Positions 39,340-50,760 are shown, counted from the first letter of the whole stretch. The stretch is DNA of 63,790 nucleotides, filler included, from Octopus bimaculoides (GCF_001194135.2; 7 parts of 5 records of this genome joined end to end with filler, not necessarily neighbours in it); one strand, 5' to 3'. Translations and numbers: made by a program. The notes: generated by a model from the letters alone, not told the origin.

Positions 39340-40100
39340 GGACAGCATTACTAATAGTGGCAGTAGTGGTGGTGATAGTAATAGTGATAGAGCTGTAGTT
39401 GTGGTGGTGGGGAGGGTGATACTAGTGATAGAGAAGTGATAGTGATGGTGATAATAGTAGTGGTAGATGGATAGTGCTGGTGGTGATGATGATAACAGTA
39501 ATAAAAAGATGGCTATTACAGTGAGTGAGATAATGGTGTTAGTGATAGTAGTAGTGGTGGTGGTTAGGAAGCAGTGGTGGTGGTTAGGAAGCAGTGGTGG
39601 CAGTGACTGCTATAGTGATGATGGTAATGGCAGAAGTAATAGTGTTAATGTTGGCAATAACAACAGTGAGAGTGACTGTTGTGGCTACAGTTGTGTTAGT
39701 GACAGTGGAGTAGTACAGCAACAATAGATGTATCATAGCAGCAATGATGACAGTAGAAGTAGTAGTGATGGTGGTGGTGGATGTGTTAGTAGTAATAGTC
39801 ATGGTGGGGGAGGTGTTAGCAGCAGTAGGAGTAGTGATGATGGTGGTGGAGGTAGTAGTAGAAGTAGTGATGGTGGTAGAAGAGGTAGTAATAGTAATGG
39901 TGGAGGTAGTAGTAGTGATGGTGGTGTTAATAGTAGTAGTAATAGTGATGATGGTGGCAGCAGTAGTAGTAGTAGTAGTAGTACTGATGGTGGTGATGGA
40001 GGTGCTAGTAGTAGTAGTAGTTACAAAGGTGCACAGAGGTGACAGGGACGGTGGTGAATGAATTGATGATAGTAGCAATGATAGTGATGGTGAAGAAGGT
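39340..40100. repeat. Degenerate (AGT/GGT/GAT)n cryptic simple repeat
   Basis: Directly visible. It accounts for the poly-T/V/S ORFs. Confidence 0.9.
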
Positions 40101-40341
40101 GGTGGAGAAGTTAAACTATACCAGAAACAAAGAAATACTTCTATATGTAAAGAGCAGTCTTGTGTTAGTTAACGAACAGTAGTTTATTGATCTCAAGGCT
40201 TGATGAGCTAGTAGTGACTCAGAGAGTACTTCCCAAAGTACACTGATAACAAAGCCAGAGGTCAAGTGAACCGTTTAGGTGCACTGGTCGACATATGGTC
40301 AACAGATATAAACATTAGGTGAACTTTCCAATTAGAAAGTA

Positions 40342-40876
40342 CTGGGTTGGCAAGAAAGTAATTTCGGCTTTTTAGTGTGAAATAAAAGTCATTTTTTTTT
40401 TTCATACAAAGAATGAACTTTAATTAATTATAAATTTCCCATTTTGTTTGATGACCTTTTGCCATCTTTCTGACAACTTCATGATTCTGTGCTCATAGAA
40501 CTTCTGGTCCTTATCAGCCAAAAACTGAAGCTAGTGTGACTTCAGGTGGCCATCATCATTATTGAAAGTTTTGCTATTCAAAGAATTTTGCAAACTTCGA
40601 AATAAATGGTAATCTGATAGTGCAAGGTCAGGGTTATATGTAGGATATGACATCACTTCCGAACCAAGCTCCAATAATATTTCATGAGTCAGCAAAGACA
40701 TGTGGTCTAGTATTGTCATGGTGGAACACGATTCCTTTATGATTTGCCAATTCTGGCTGTTTTTCTTTGATTGCTTCCTCCAGTTTCATTAGTTGTTGAC
40801 AGTAAACATCTGAATTGATTGTTTAGTTCCTTGGAAGCAGCTCAAAATACACAACGCCTTTGTAATCCCACCAAAT
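40342..40876 (-). mobile_element. Mariner transposon 3' remnant
   Basis: Minus frames WWDYKGVVYFELLPRN and YPTYNPDLALSDYHLFRSLQN (approx. YSPDLAPSD). The terminal repeat CTGGGTTGGCAAG follows a TA. Confidence 0.8.
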
Positions 40877-42182
40877 TGACATTTAAAGAGAATTATCTTG
40901 ATGTTATTGATATTCCAGTGCTGTGACACAGACAGGTACTCTATTAACTTGACTTAGTATCTAATTTATAAAGTAAAATCAATAAGGACAATTATATCCA
41001 ATGTTTTTTGGTTTCTAATAAACATTTCATGATGATGATTGTGATGATTTGACTGGCAGGTTGAATGTCTGTCATTTAATTGAAACACTATTAATCTTGT
41101 ACTTACTGGAAACTTAAATTAGACAACAAAATATCCCGTTTTATTTACACATGTTAATTGAAGCTAGCTAATATGTAACATGTTATAATGAAATCAAAGA
41201 AATACAATATTTGTTTAGTATTGTTGATAATGGAAATAATATAGAGAAAATTACTAAAACAAACCATTTAAAGAACTTTTAATGATTATTTAAGGAGAAA
41301 CAAGAATCTGATATTTGGTTCTGGTACCAACGATCTTAAAGTTCATGAAAGTAAATAAACTTCATTTAATTTTAAAAATTTTAACAGATTTTCATGAACT
41401 TAGGCTATCATTAGATTGCTCATCCCCCACCTCTGATTCATTGTTGCACATATATTTCATTACTCAGGACTCAGTGGAACATCCAGAATTTGAGAGCTAG
41501 AAAGAGAGAGACACCTGCCCTGGCACTCAGCTTGTACTTATTTACAGCTGACAAGACTGAAGTAACATGAAATGAAGTGCATGGTTCTAGAATTGAACAT
41601 ACAACCTCCTGTTTATGAGATGAACACCTTGAATATTAGCTCATAAAATATCTCAGTAATGGAAAGCCATGGACAGAAATGAGACATGTTTATACTGCTT
41701 ATACAATCAAGAAGGAAGTTGAAGTGGCCTGAAGAAGTTTCTACATTTCCTTAGCAGTGATCATCATCACCATCATCATTTAACGTCCATTGCCCATGCT
41801 GGCATGGGTTAGGCAGTTTGACTGGACTGGCATGCTGGAAGGCTGCACCAGACTCCAATCTGATTTGGCATGGTTTTCTATGGCTGGATGCCCTTCCTAA
41901 CGTCAACCACTCCGAGAGTGTAATGGGCATTTTCACATGCTGCCAGGATGGGTACCATTTGTGTGACACTGGGGTGCTATTATGTGCCACTGGCACAGGT
42001 GCCAATTTGCATGACACCAGTATCTGCCACAAATGCAATTTTACTTGGTTTGATGGGTCTTCTTCTCAAGCACGACATAATGCCAAAAGTAGGATGTTTA
42101 AAAAAAAAAGAGAAAAACATGATTCTTGAAAACCTAAAAAAAAAATGAATATAGTAAATAAATATAGGAATGTTTTACTTAC

Positions 42183-42185
42183 ATA
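42183..42185 (-). CDS. sowah: 3-nt microexon (TAT, Tyr) of the ankyrin gene
   Basis: Minus strand ...TATTTATTTGGTTTCCTCAAACAG|TAT|GTAAGTAAA. It supplies the Y expected immediately before TALHW, in phase 0. Confidence 0.62.
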
Positions 42186-42594
42186 CTGTTTGAGGAAACC
42201 AAATAAATATTCAGAGTTCCAGGATAAATTAGAAAGTCATAAAAAAAAGTAGGGAAAGAGAGTAGTGAGAAAAGTATGAAATACATTAAAAAATTAACAG
42301 ACATATATATGCATGCATACACACATAAATTTATGTTAAACTAAATATATTAAGAGTACAAATATCACAGAGCATAAACCCAAACTATGTCAGATACAAA
42401 ATGTTATTAGGCACATTGACCCTTTAGCATTTAAACCTGCCATATCCAGCAAAAATATTTCACTCATTTAATGTTCAAACTGGCTGTATCCAACCTCTTT
42501 CACCTACTCTACAATGTCATTGTAAAATAAACAATCACATCACTGAAATCTCAAAACCACAAAACAATGTGAATAACTAAGCATTGACACATAC

Positions 42595-42835
42595 AGCGAA
42601 GGTGTGTGGCTTAGTGGTTAGGGTATTTGGCTCATGATCGCAAGGTTGTGAGTTCAATTCCCAGTGACACGTTGTGCCCTTGAGCAAGACACTTTATTTC
42701 ACGTTGCTCCAGTCCACTCAGCTGACAAAAATGAATAGTACCTGTATTTCAAAGGTCCAGCCTTGTCACACTTTGTGTCTGTAGAGTGCTCAGCTACTTG
42801 CACGTTAATTTCACAAGCAGGCTGTTTCAGTTTGA
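42595..42835 (+). mobile_element. tRNA-derived SINE family C
   Basis: A box TGGCTTAGTGG and B box GAGTTCAATTCCC, followed by GTGCCCTTGAGCAAGACACTT. Confidence 0.75.
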
Positions 42836-43330
42836 AGAGTAACAAAATGATTTTTGAAAACTTTATTCCTATTTTCATTATTCAATTACAAGAAGAAAAC
42901 TATATTTTCCAGATTTGTAAAAACTGCTTCGAAAACTAGCTCCCATGCCAATCAGTTTTAATCAAATAACTCTAAAACACTAGATCAAATCCTGAAACAT
43001 CTCCATGCACAAGATAAACATTTGTACTCAACATTTTCCAATAATTTCTGACAATGTTGTTGGTTCTGGTAGAAACACATTTTGTTGTGAACAGAAAAAG
43101 ATTAATTGATAAATGAGAACTTTGTCATACAAGAACACTAAGCTTTATACAATGGCTTCTTATTGAAACAACTTTCAGACAGAATGCAAATTAATTAGCT
43201 TCAGTATTATTCTTTCCTATTGTCAACAACAGACGCAGATACATTATAACAGGGAGTCTTTTAATATAAAGAGTTATTTCAAAGATTTGCATATCTTTGT
43301 TTTAACCATGAGAAAAGAAAATTTACTTAC

Positions 43331-43333
43331 ACC
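43331..43333 (-). CDS. sowah: 3-nt microexon (GGT, Gly) of the ankyrin gene
   Basis: Minus strand ...TTTCTGAATTTGGAATCACTTCAG|GGT|GTAAGTAAAT. It supplies the G of G-Y-TALHW, in the correct order upstream of the Tyr microexon. Confidence 0.62.
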
Positions 43334-43439
43334 CTGAAGTGATTCCAAATTCAGAAATTCAACAGTAATGCCAAAATATGGAAGAAAAACGATATTATAC
43401 ATATTTTACAATTTTTGACTGAACTTCAGCTTCTCTTAC

Positions 43440-43441
43440 AT
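43440..43441 (-). CDS. Possible 2-nt microexon (AT) upstream of the Gly microexon
   Basis: Minus strand ...GTGTATATTTATTTGTTTAG|AT|GTAAGAG, leaving a 106-nt intron to the GGT exon. It would complete an N/D/H/Y codon. Confidence 0.25.
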
Positions 43442-44201
43442 CTAAACAAATAAATATACACAGGCACATATACATATTGTGATATTGATACAAAGCAATG
43501 TATATTGACTAAGCACTCAATGTTCCATCCCTCTAAATACTGTAATATTCAACACAAAAAACATGTGTGTGTGTGTACACATACAAAGAGTTTGAGGAAT
43601 GAACATGGTTAAGAAGTTCAGTTGCAATCACATGGTTTCCATAGTGTAGAACCTTGGGTAAGTGTCCTCTGTTATATTCTAGAGTTAACTAATGCTTTGT
43701 GGGAAAAACTTGATGGATGGGGTTCAGGGAAGATTTTCTATGGCCAGATGCAACTTCTTGTCATCAATCCTCATCTATTTCCAAGCAAGGTTATTTCCCC
43801 ATGACCTGACATGTTTTAGCAGAAGATTGGAAATGAATAACATTTCTTGTGTGATTGTGACACACACGTACAACTATCAGGTGGTGTCAAGACAAGAAGA
43901 CACACACACACACAAAGACGAGCTTCTTTTAGTTTCCAACTATCAAATCCCTTTAGTCAGCCCAGGGTTATAGAAGACATTTGCTCAAGGTACCATGTAG
44001 TGGGACTGAACCTGGAACCATGTGATTGGGGAGCAAGCTGCTTAAACATAAAGCTATGCTTGCACCCATATATATATGTGCAGATGTGGCTGTGTGATTA
44101 AGAAGTTTGCTTGCTAACCATATTCTTTCAGGTTCAGTCCCACTGCATGGTACCTTGAGCAAGTACCTTCTGGGCCAAAGCCTTGTGAGTGATTTGTATA
44201 T

Positions 44202-44247
<46 letters not shown>

Positions 44248-44372
44248 NNNNNNNNNNNNNNNNNNNNNNNNNNNNNNNNNNNNNNNNNNNNNNNNNNNNN
44301 NNNNNNNNNNNNNNNNNNNNNNNNNNNNNNNNNNNNNNNNNNNNNNNNNNNNNNNNNNNNNNNNNNNNNNNN

Positions 44373-44852
44373 GAGTGAAAGATAGATTGTATGATGCATG
44401 TGTGCGAACTGCCATGCTTCACGGCAGTGAAACATGGGCCGTGACTGCTGAAGACATGCGTAGGCTCAAAAGAAATGAAGCTAGCATGATCCTCTGGATG
44501 TGTAATATCAGTGTGCACACATGACAGAGTATAAGCGCCCTGAGAGAAATGTTGGACATAAGAAGCATTGGATGTGGTGTGCAAGAGAGACGTGTGCGTT
44601 GGTATGGTCATGTACTATGGATGGATGAGGAGAGATGAGTGAAGAAGTGNNNNNNNNNNTATATATATATATATATAAGAATTGCCTGGGCAAAGTTCAG
44701 AAAGCTTCTACCCCTACTGGTGATAAAGGGCCTCTTGCGCGGAGTGAAAGATAGATTGTATGATGCATGTGTGCGAACTGCCATGCTTCACGGCAGTGAA
44801 ACATGGGCCGTGACTGCTGAAGACATGCGTAGGCTCAAAAGAAATGAAGCTA
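44373..44852 (+). mobile_element. RTE LINE RT C-terminal fragment, present as two overlapping contig pieces
   Basis: RIAWAKFRKLLPLL...VKDRLYDACVRTAMLHGSETWAVTAEDMRRLKRNEASMILWMC...RWYGHVL. 44373-44483 is identical to 44742-44852. Confidence 0.85.
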
Positions 44853-44959
44853 NNNNNNNNNNNNNNNNNNNNNNNNNNNNNNNNNNNNNNNNNNNNTTAA
44901 TTAATTAANNNNNNNNNNNNNNNNNNNNNNNNNNNNNNNNNNNNNNNNNNNNTATATGT

Positions 44960-45130
44960 AGGAGAATGTACGAAAAAAAAACCAACAACAGACGAGGACA
45001 GGTGCTGTAAACAACAAAAGGATGTATTAGTTTGACGCTCGGGAATACAGAAAGTCTTTAACGTTTCGAGCTACGCTCTTCAACAGAAAGAATACGGAGA
45101 AAACAAGGAGAAAAACACGGAGAAAAAAAA
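44960..45130 (-). mobile_element. Second copy of the short hammerhead-bearing repeat
   Basis: Minus strand TCTTT-CTGTTGA-A-GAGC-GTA-GCTC-GAAA-CGT-T-AAAGA (45091-45055). The downstream CCGAGCGT.AAACTAATACATC matches 5928-5948. Confidence 0.55.
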
Positions 45131-45301
45131 TTGAATAGTCTTTGGTCATGGCTTGTCTTGAGAATTTATAAGCCTGTAAGCCTTAAGAGTACTTATTCTC
45201 TCGAAGTTTATAAACTCCTCAGGCGTCAACAACATAAATTTCTCGCTGGTAAGAGTAAACTTACGAAAATTGGTAGAGAAATTCGATTGCTTTGGTACTA
45301 T

Positions 45302-45369
45302 GGTACCCCGACCATGTTGGTACACCTGCCATGTTTACAGGAGATGTGGATTCGAGTCCCACGGGCACC
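45302..45369 (+). pseudogene. tRNA-like sequence (tRNA pseudogene or SINE head)
   Basis: Acceptor stem GGTACCC/GGGCACC (6/7 pairs), T arm GTGGA-TTCGAGT-CCCAC (4/5) and anticodon arm CCTGC-CATGTTT-ACAGG (4/5). The D arm and anticodon loop are non-canonical. Confidence 0.5.
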
Positions 45370-46649
45370 CTTCGACGTTTTCTATCTAAAGAAGTTTCTA
45401 AACCAATATTTACTCGCTATTATTTGTAACTTATCTGCTTGAGGTTCCAACGTTCCAGCTAGGGGTAATTTTTATCCTCCACTTAAACGGAGATGTTCTG
45501 TTAGAACAAACTATACTGAAGTTGATAGCATGAGAGAAATTCTCATATTGCCTTTCGGTGTAAAATGCACCCTTGCTCATATCGCTAGCGGGAAGATAAA
45601 TCGCCGCCATCTCCAGCGCCGAGACCACCAGATCACGTGATTTCGACCTTCCTTGGTGTTATCAATGATGGATGCTCGACCGCTGGAGATAGCAGCCACT
45701 CATATGTATGTATGTAAGTATGTATGTATGTATGTATGTATCATCAAAATATATTACAGAAATGACATGAGTTTGGAATTTACTTCCAGGAATCAATTCA
45801 AAATTGTAATAGAAACATAGTATTGGTTTTCTGGATTATTTAACTATTTGTTCTATTCCATCTAAAAATCACTTCAAGAAAACTATTCTTTGATGAGATT
45901 GGATAGAAAGGTCAAGTGTTTGTCTTTAATTTTGTAGTAATACATAAATGTAACATATGATATTACAAAAGACACTTGTCTTATCTTTATTCTAATACAT
46001 ATATAAAAATGTAATATATTCTATGCAACAGATACTTCTCTGTAATCGGAGAGATCTCATCTTTAATCTGGGAGAGACATAGATATGTTGAAAAGTATAT
46101 TTGTGATATTACACAAGTACAAAGATACACATGCATACGTGCACGAGTATATGCGATATTTTTGGAAAGTGCATCACAAGAAAAGTAATCCATGTCTCCC
46201 AGTAGTTTCTTAATCCTTTCAATATCAAACATATTTCCATTTTAAACTTGAAATATTTCCTGATGCCAGAGAAATGAAAAAGATTTAACTCGAGGTAGTT
46301 AAGTAGGTGAGCGAATCTATTCTAAGAATTGTATTTTAGTGGTAGAGTGGAGAAACCGCGTACGCTTCTTTCTGAAGGCTCTTTATCCCCCCTTTCTTAG
46401 TTAACGCTTATAGAACTCGCTATCAATTTTAGGAAGACAGAGTAACTTATAAGCTAATCAAGGCCTGTAATTCATAAAGATAGCATTCAAAACAATTTCT
46501 GGATTTCTTCACGAACTTCTGAGAAAATTAGTGATTGGCGATATAACATTTTCTATGTGACATATCACTGTGACATGACAACCCTTAATTGCTCATTTTC
46601 TCATATATCACTACAGTTTGTTGTAATCTATTACAAGGGTTGAATTATT

Positions 46650-47420
46650 TTTGCTTGCTGATGTCAACAATTGAAGTAGCTGTTCAATTTAAACAAATTC
46701 AGATGCACACTGTTCTCGCCTCTTTAATCAAACAATAGAACGTCTGGCATGAACAACATAATAGTATACAGCAACAGTACACAGCATCAACTTATAATTA
46801 TATGAATTCTGTTCGCCAGTTTCAAAACATAGGTTTCTAGCATTTCGTAGATTTCTTCCAATTAATTTCCCTGTTTGAGACATTCTACAACTACCTGTGA
46901 TAATTCTGTGACTGAAAACTTTTTGAATGCATATAAATCAGAGTAATAAATTCTTGGATGATAATATTTTATTGCTTGCTTTAATGTTTGAACCACTCTT
47001 TCTGCAGTACCAATTATTTTGAAGTGATACGATGCGGAGTTAAAACTCATTGTAATCAACTGGGTTAAGTAATTGCTTTACGATGATATATTCAGTATCA
47101 TTTTCAAGGGTAAATTTGAGAACATTTCAGTTAACTTACACTTTATCTATCCCCCAAAATGCTATTAGAACAACGAAATCAACGAAAAAAAATGAGTCGA
47201 CTGTTGTGAGAATGTTTCTAATATCTCTTACGACTGCCTTAGCGTTATGAATTCTTTTCCAAGCCTTATTGACGTTCCAGATGTTAAAACCTGGTGTTCT
47301 TGAAAATCGATTTCTTTTTACATTCCAAGTATATTGTTTGAGAGATTAAGATAAGCTAGACTGCCATATACAATTCCTTACCTTCTTCACTGTTTGATAA
47401 ATGCCCAAGAATATTCACTC
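46650..47420 (-). mobile_element. Degenerate Gypsy-type integrase remnant
   Basis: Minus frames ..KAWKRIH.. and SASYHFKIIGTAERVVQTLKQAIK (approx. PYHPxxNGxAERxVQTxK). Confidence 0.5.
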
Positions 47421-47612
47421 TGAAAGATTTTGGAGGAAATGAAACGTTTTTATGAAGGATGAAATCATTTTCAACTTAGGAATGATCTCACGACATTATT
47501 TGTTTATTAATAGGTTACATTACGCCAATTAGTTGTTTGGATTATTTTTTTAAAATTTTCTATATATCTTGTTCTTCAATCAAATCCATCGGTAGTGTTT
47601 TTATAACACACA

Positions 47613-47648
<36 letters not shown>

Positions 47649-48479
47649 TTTAAGTCATTTGTAGAGAAGAACTGTGCTTCATTCATTCAAGAGCTTTTAT
47701 TCAATAGTTGGTAATAAGTAAACATATTTGTCAATATTTGTGCATATTCTAAGCATATTCTTATTCATGCCACAGTTGAAGTATACCTGACGCCATTCCA
47801 TTCACATATTGACATTACACAAAAATTCTCGAGGCTACCTAGTTTTTTTCTTAATTTCTGCATATAAATAAAAAGGTACTTTTCGAATAACAGCTTATAT
47901 TCTGTAACCTTTCGCAATGAGTAGATAATAATTAACTTAAAACAAAATGTACGTTGATATAAAGAATCTATGACCCCTAATTTCTGCTTCTATATTTTCC
48001 TTTACCTTCAGTGTTGAACTGTTATAAGTTTTGACTGGCGAATTTAATGCTGAATGGATTTTATTAATAAAGAAATATGAAATAGTTGAACTAAATGCGA
48101 ACGTAATTTCATTCGAATTGAAACGTCGTTCAGTTTACAGCAGATATCTTTAACACTATGAAGACCTATATTGCTAACACAGGGTATGGGGGCATTGTTA
48201 TTATATGACGCTTTATTGCTGTTGTAGGCACTTCAGCATTGGGATCAGGTCTGGGTGAGGATTTGTTATATGTTAACAGCTGAAAATTCAATTTTAAAAG
48301 AACTCCAAAAATTTGCGAACTTACAAGTTTTTCATTTAAGCTAAATTTAAAGTAATACCATATTGGTAGGGTACCAATAAATGCTTTATTATTATTGCTC
48401 TTTTTGGTTTTGAACCGCAGGCCCAATTAGCCCTCTGCAGGAGCTAGCTTAAAAGTCCACACAGAGTGCAGCTTTTTAA

Positions 48480-49950
48480 TTTCTTTTTTTAATTTGGGGC
48501 ATCATCCAGTCAGGCTGATTGCCCGGGCCAGCCTGACTGCTTCTCTCCACTCCTCCCGATCTTCCATTAGTGTTTTTAGGTTTTCAACTTGGCATCTAAC
48601 ATCTTCTGCAAGCTGTTGTATATACGTCTTCCGTGGTCTTCCAGCCGTTGATGTTTGCAGCAACACATTACTCATAAGTTTTTCTTTACTTCTCCAGCAA
48701 TGGCCATCAAACCTCAATCTCCGTTCTTGGATGGTTGATACATTCTCGTATAACCATTGTTTTGTTGAGTGCTCCCTCCAAGAGATGTTGAACACTGCAC
48801 GTAACATTCTGGTGTAGGCACCTGAGTCTCTTGATGAGAGTCCAAGTCGGAGATTCATATACAAGCACAGGTTCAAGAAGAACTGTCAGGGGGATAAACT
48901 GTCTTCTTTTCATTCACATATTGTCCTATGTTAGCGGCAGCATTTTCCAGAAGATGGAGTAAATGTTCAGCATTTTTTGTGTTGTCTGCGAAAAGCGCTG
49001 TCATCAGCATAATCGGCGTCAGTCAAGTAGATGGTCGGATATCTTCTGCTTCTAGACTTCTGTAAAGTGAAACCCGGATCATTGTGCAGATCATTGTGCA
49101 TATCATTGTGCTGATCGCAATACATAATCGAGACACAGGATGAACAAGTAAGGAGCTAGTGTGTCACCCTGCACTACTCCTGCACGATCATCGAAGAAGT
49201 CAGTATCTCCATCTGGTGCCTGCACTTTTGCTCGAGTGTTTCTATACAGCATCATTGCTGCCTTTATTGTTTCATCAGGGATTCAATATGCCCTAAGGGT
49301 TTCTGCCATCTTATCGCTGTGTACAGAGTTAAAGGCCTTGGAGAAATCAATAAAGAGCAGAACTGCATTAAGGTTTTCAGCTCGTACTCCTTCCAACATC
49401 CTCCTAACTGTGAGAATTTGACCAGATGTAGAGCGGCTCTTCCTGAATCTATTTTCATTTTTCCTAAGAACTCTTTCAATTTGAGGTCGGATTCGATTGA
49501 GTAGCGTTGCATTCTAAATCTTCGCTGCAATTAGTGTTAATGAAATTCCTCTGTAGTTCATTGCAAGGTCCAGATCTCCTGTTTTGGGGAAAGGCAGAAT
49601 ACATCCTTCTGTCCAGACTTTTATCTCGCTTTGATGATAATGTGAGTTGCACGATTTGAGAAGAATGTCATTGAAATTGCCGGTTTTCCAGACTTCAGAA
49701 GGGATGTCATCCAATCCTGCAGTTTTTCGGTTTTTGGTCTTCCTCAGTACGACTTCAAGCTCTTCTGTCAAAAATGGTCCTTGCTTGATATCCAGGACCT
49801 CCTCAACAATACGATGGATCCGCTTGTTTGATGTACTAGATGACTTCCGAAGAATGTTTTGAAAATGGTCTTTCCACTTGCTCAGTCTCTCCTGTAGACT
49901 ACAGGCCTTCAACTTCGCTTTGGAAGATTTTTTCCGGCCACTCCAAGGAA
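48480..49950 (-). mobile_element. RTE-clade LINE, 5'-truncated, RT domain to C-terminus, with stops and frameshifts
   Basis: KTAGLDDIP, NYRGISLTLIAAKI, LLFIDFSKAFNSV, GVVQGDTLAPYLF, YADD (49011-49000), AYTRMLRAVFNISW and GRPRKTY. Confidence 0.9.
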
Positions 49951-50399
49951 GACTGTTTATTGTCTGCTGTGTATTTTGGTTTTGTCGATTTGATTTTGAA
50001 TGTATTTTTGCTGTTTTGCCTGATATAATACATTAAGCTCTTTTAAACTAGTCCTTGATAATATAAAATTTTCCTTCATAAATATCTGTTTTCAATTTAG
50101 CAAATAATTTCGGACTGTACTATTGTAGTTAATGTTAATGACACAACTTTACCATATCCTAAATTTGGAGGATTGCGAACGAAGTCTAATACGTTCATTA
50201 ATAAGATTACAATAGGATATGATATTCAGTTTAATTATCTATTTTACCTGGTTTTCCTTCATTAGATTCGTTTCATAAAATGTTACTTGTAAATGTATTT
50301 TTGAAATAAAGTCATTTAATGACATATTGTTAGATTGATTTCTAGCAATTTCAGCTTATTAGATATGAATAATCTTCTTGTTATCTGATTAACTTTCGG

Positions 50400-50760
50400 T
50401 CAAATGGTTTTAACCAGCTTTGCTTTATCTTTTTCTTTATCTGTAGGTTCGTGGCATCTTCAAAATCTTTTGTGTTTCAGAATGACTTTAATACCAGATG
50501 TGAACAACAAAAAGGGCTTTTGTAAAAAATTATTTTTTACATCATGTAAAATGTTTTTGGCTTCGAATTACACTAACCAAGTCGTGGCTTCATCTTGGTT
50601 TTCCAGATTGAGATGTTTTCCTAACAATTTCGCCGCCGATCTGTCGCGTTTTAATAATACAAATAGAAATCTCGTACTCAACTGTTTACAGAATTCTCTA
50701 CCGTTGTCAGATCACCAGATCAATTTCATAAAAAGTAGTACAACATTTTCAAAAGAATAG
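50400..50760 (-). mobile_element. Possible rve-type integrase remnant
   Basis: SDNGREF on the minus strand at 50711-50691. The surrounding frames are broken. Confidence 0.3.

Noticed and set aside
41107-41112. Minus-strand AAG|TTTCCA|GTAAGTA 6-nt microexon candidate
   Set aside because: The AAG acceptor is weak, and it would insert Phe-Pro between Y and TALH, breaking the ankyrin consensus.
45431-45628. Minus ORF with GAGATGGCGGCG as the ankyrin gene's first exon
   Set aside because: The peptide does not resemble a Sowah N-terminus, ends in a stop without an obvious donor and lies within an inverted-repeat unit.
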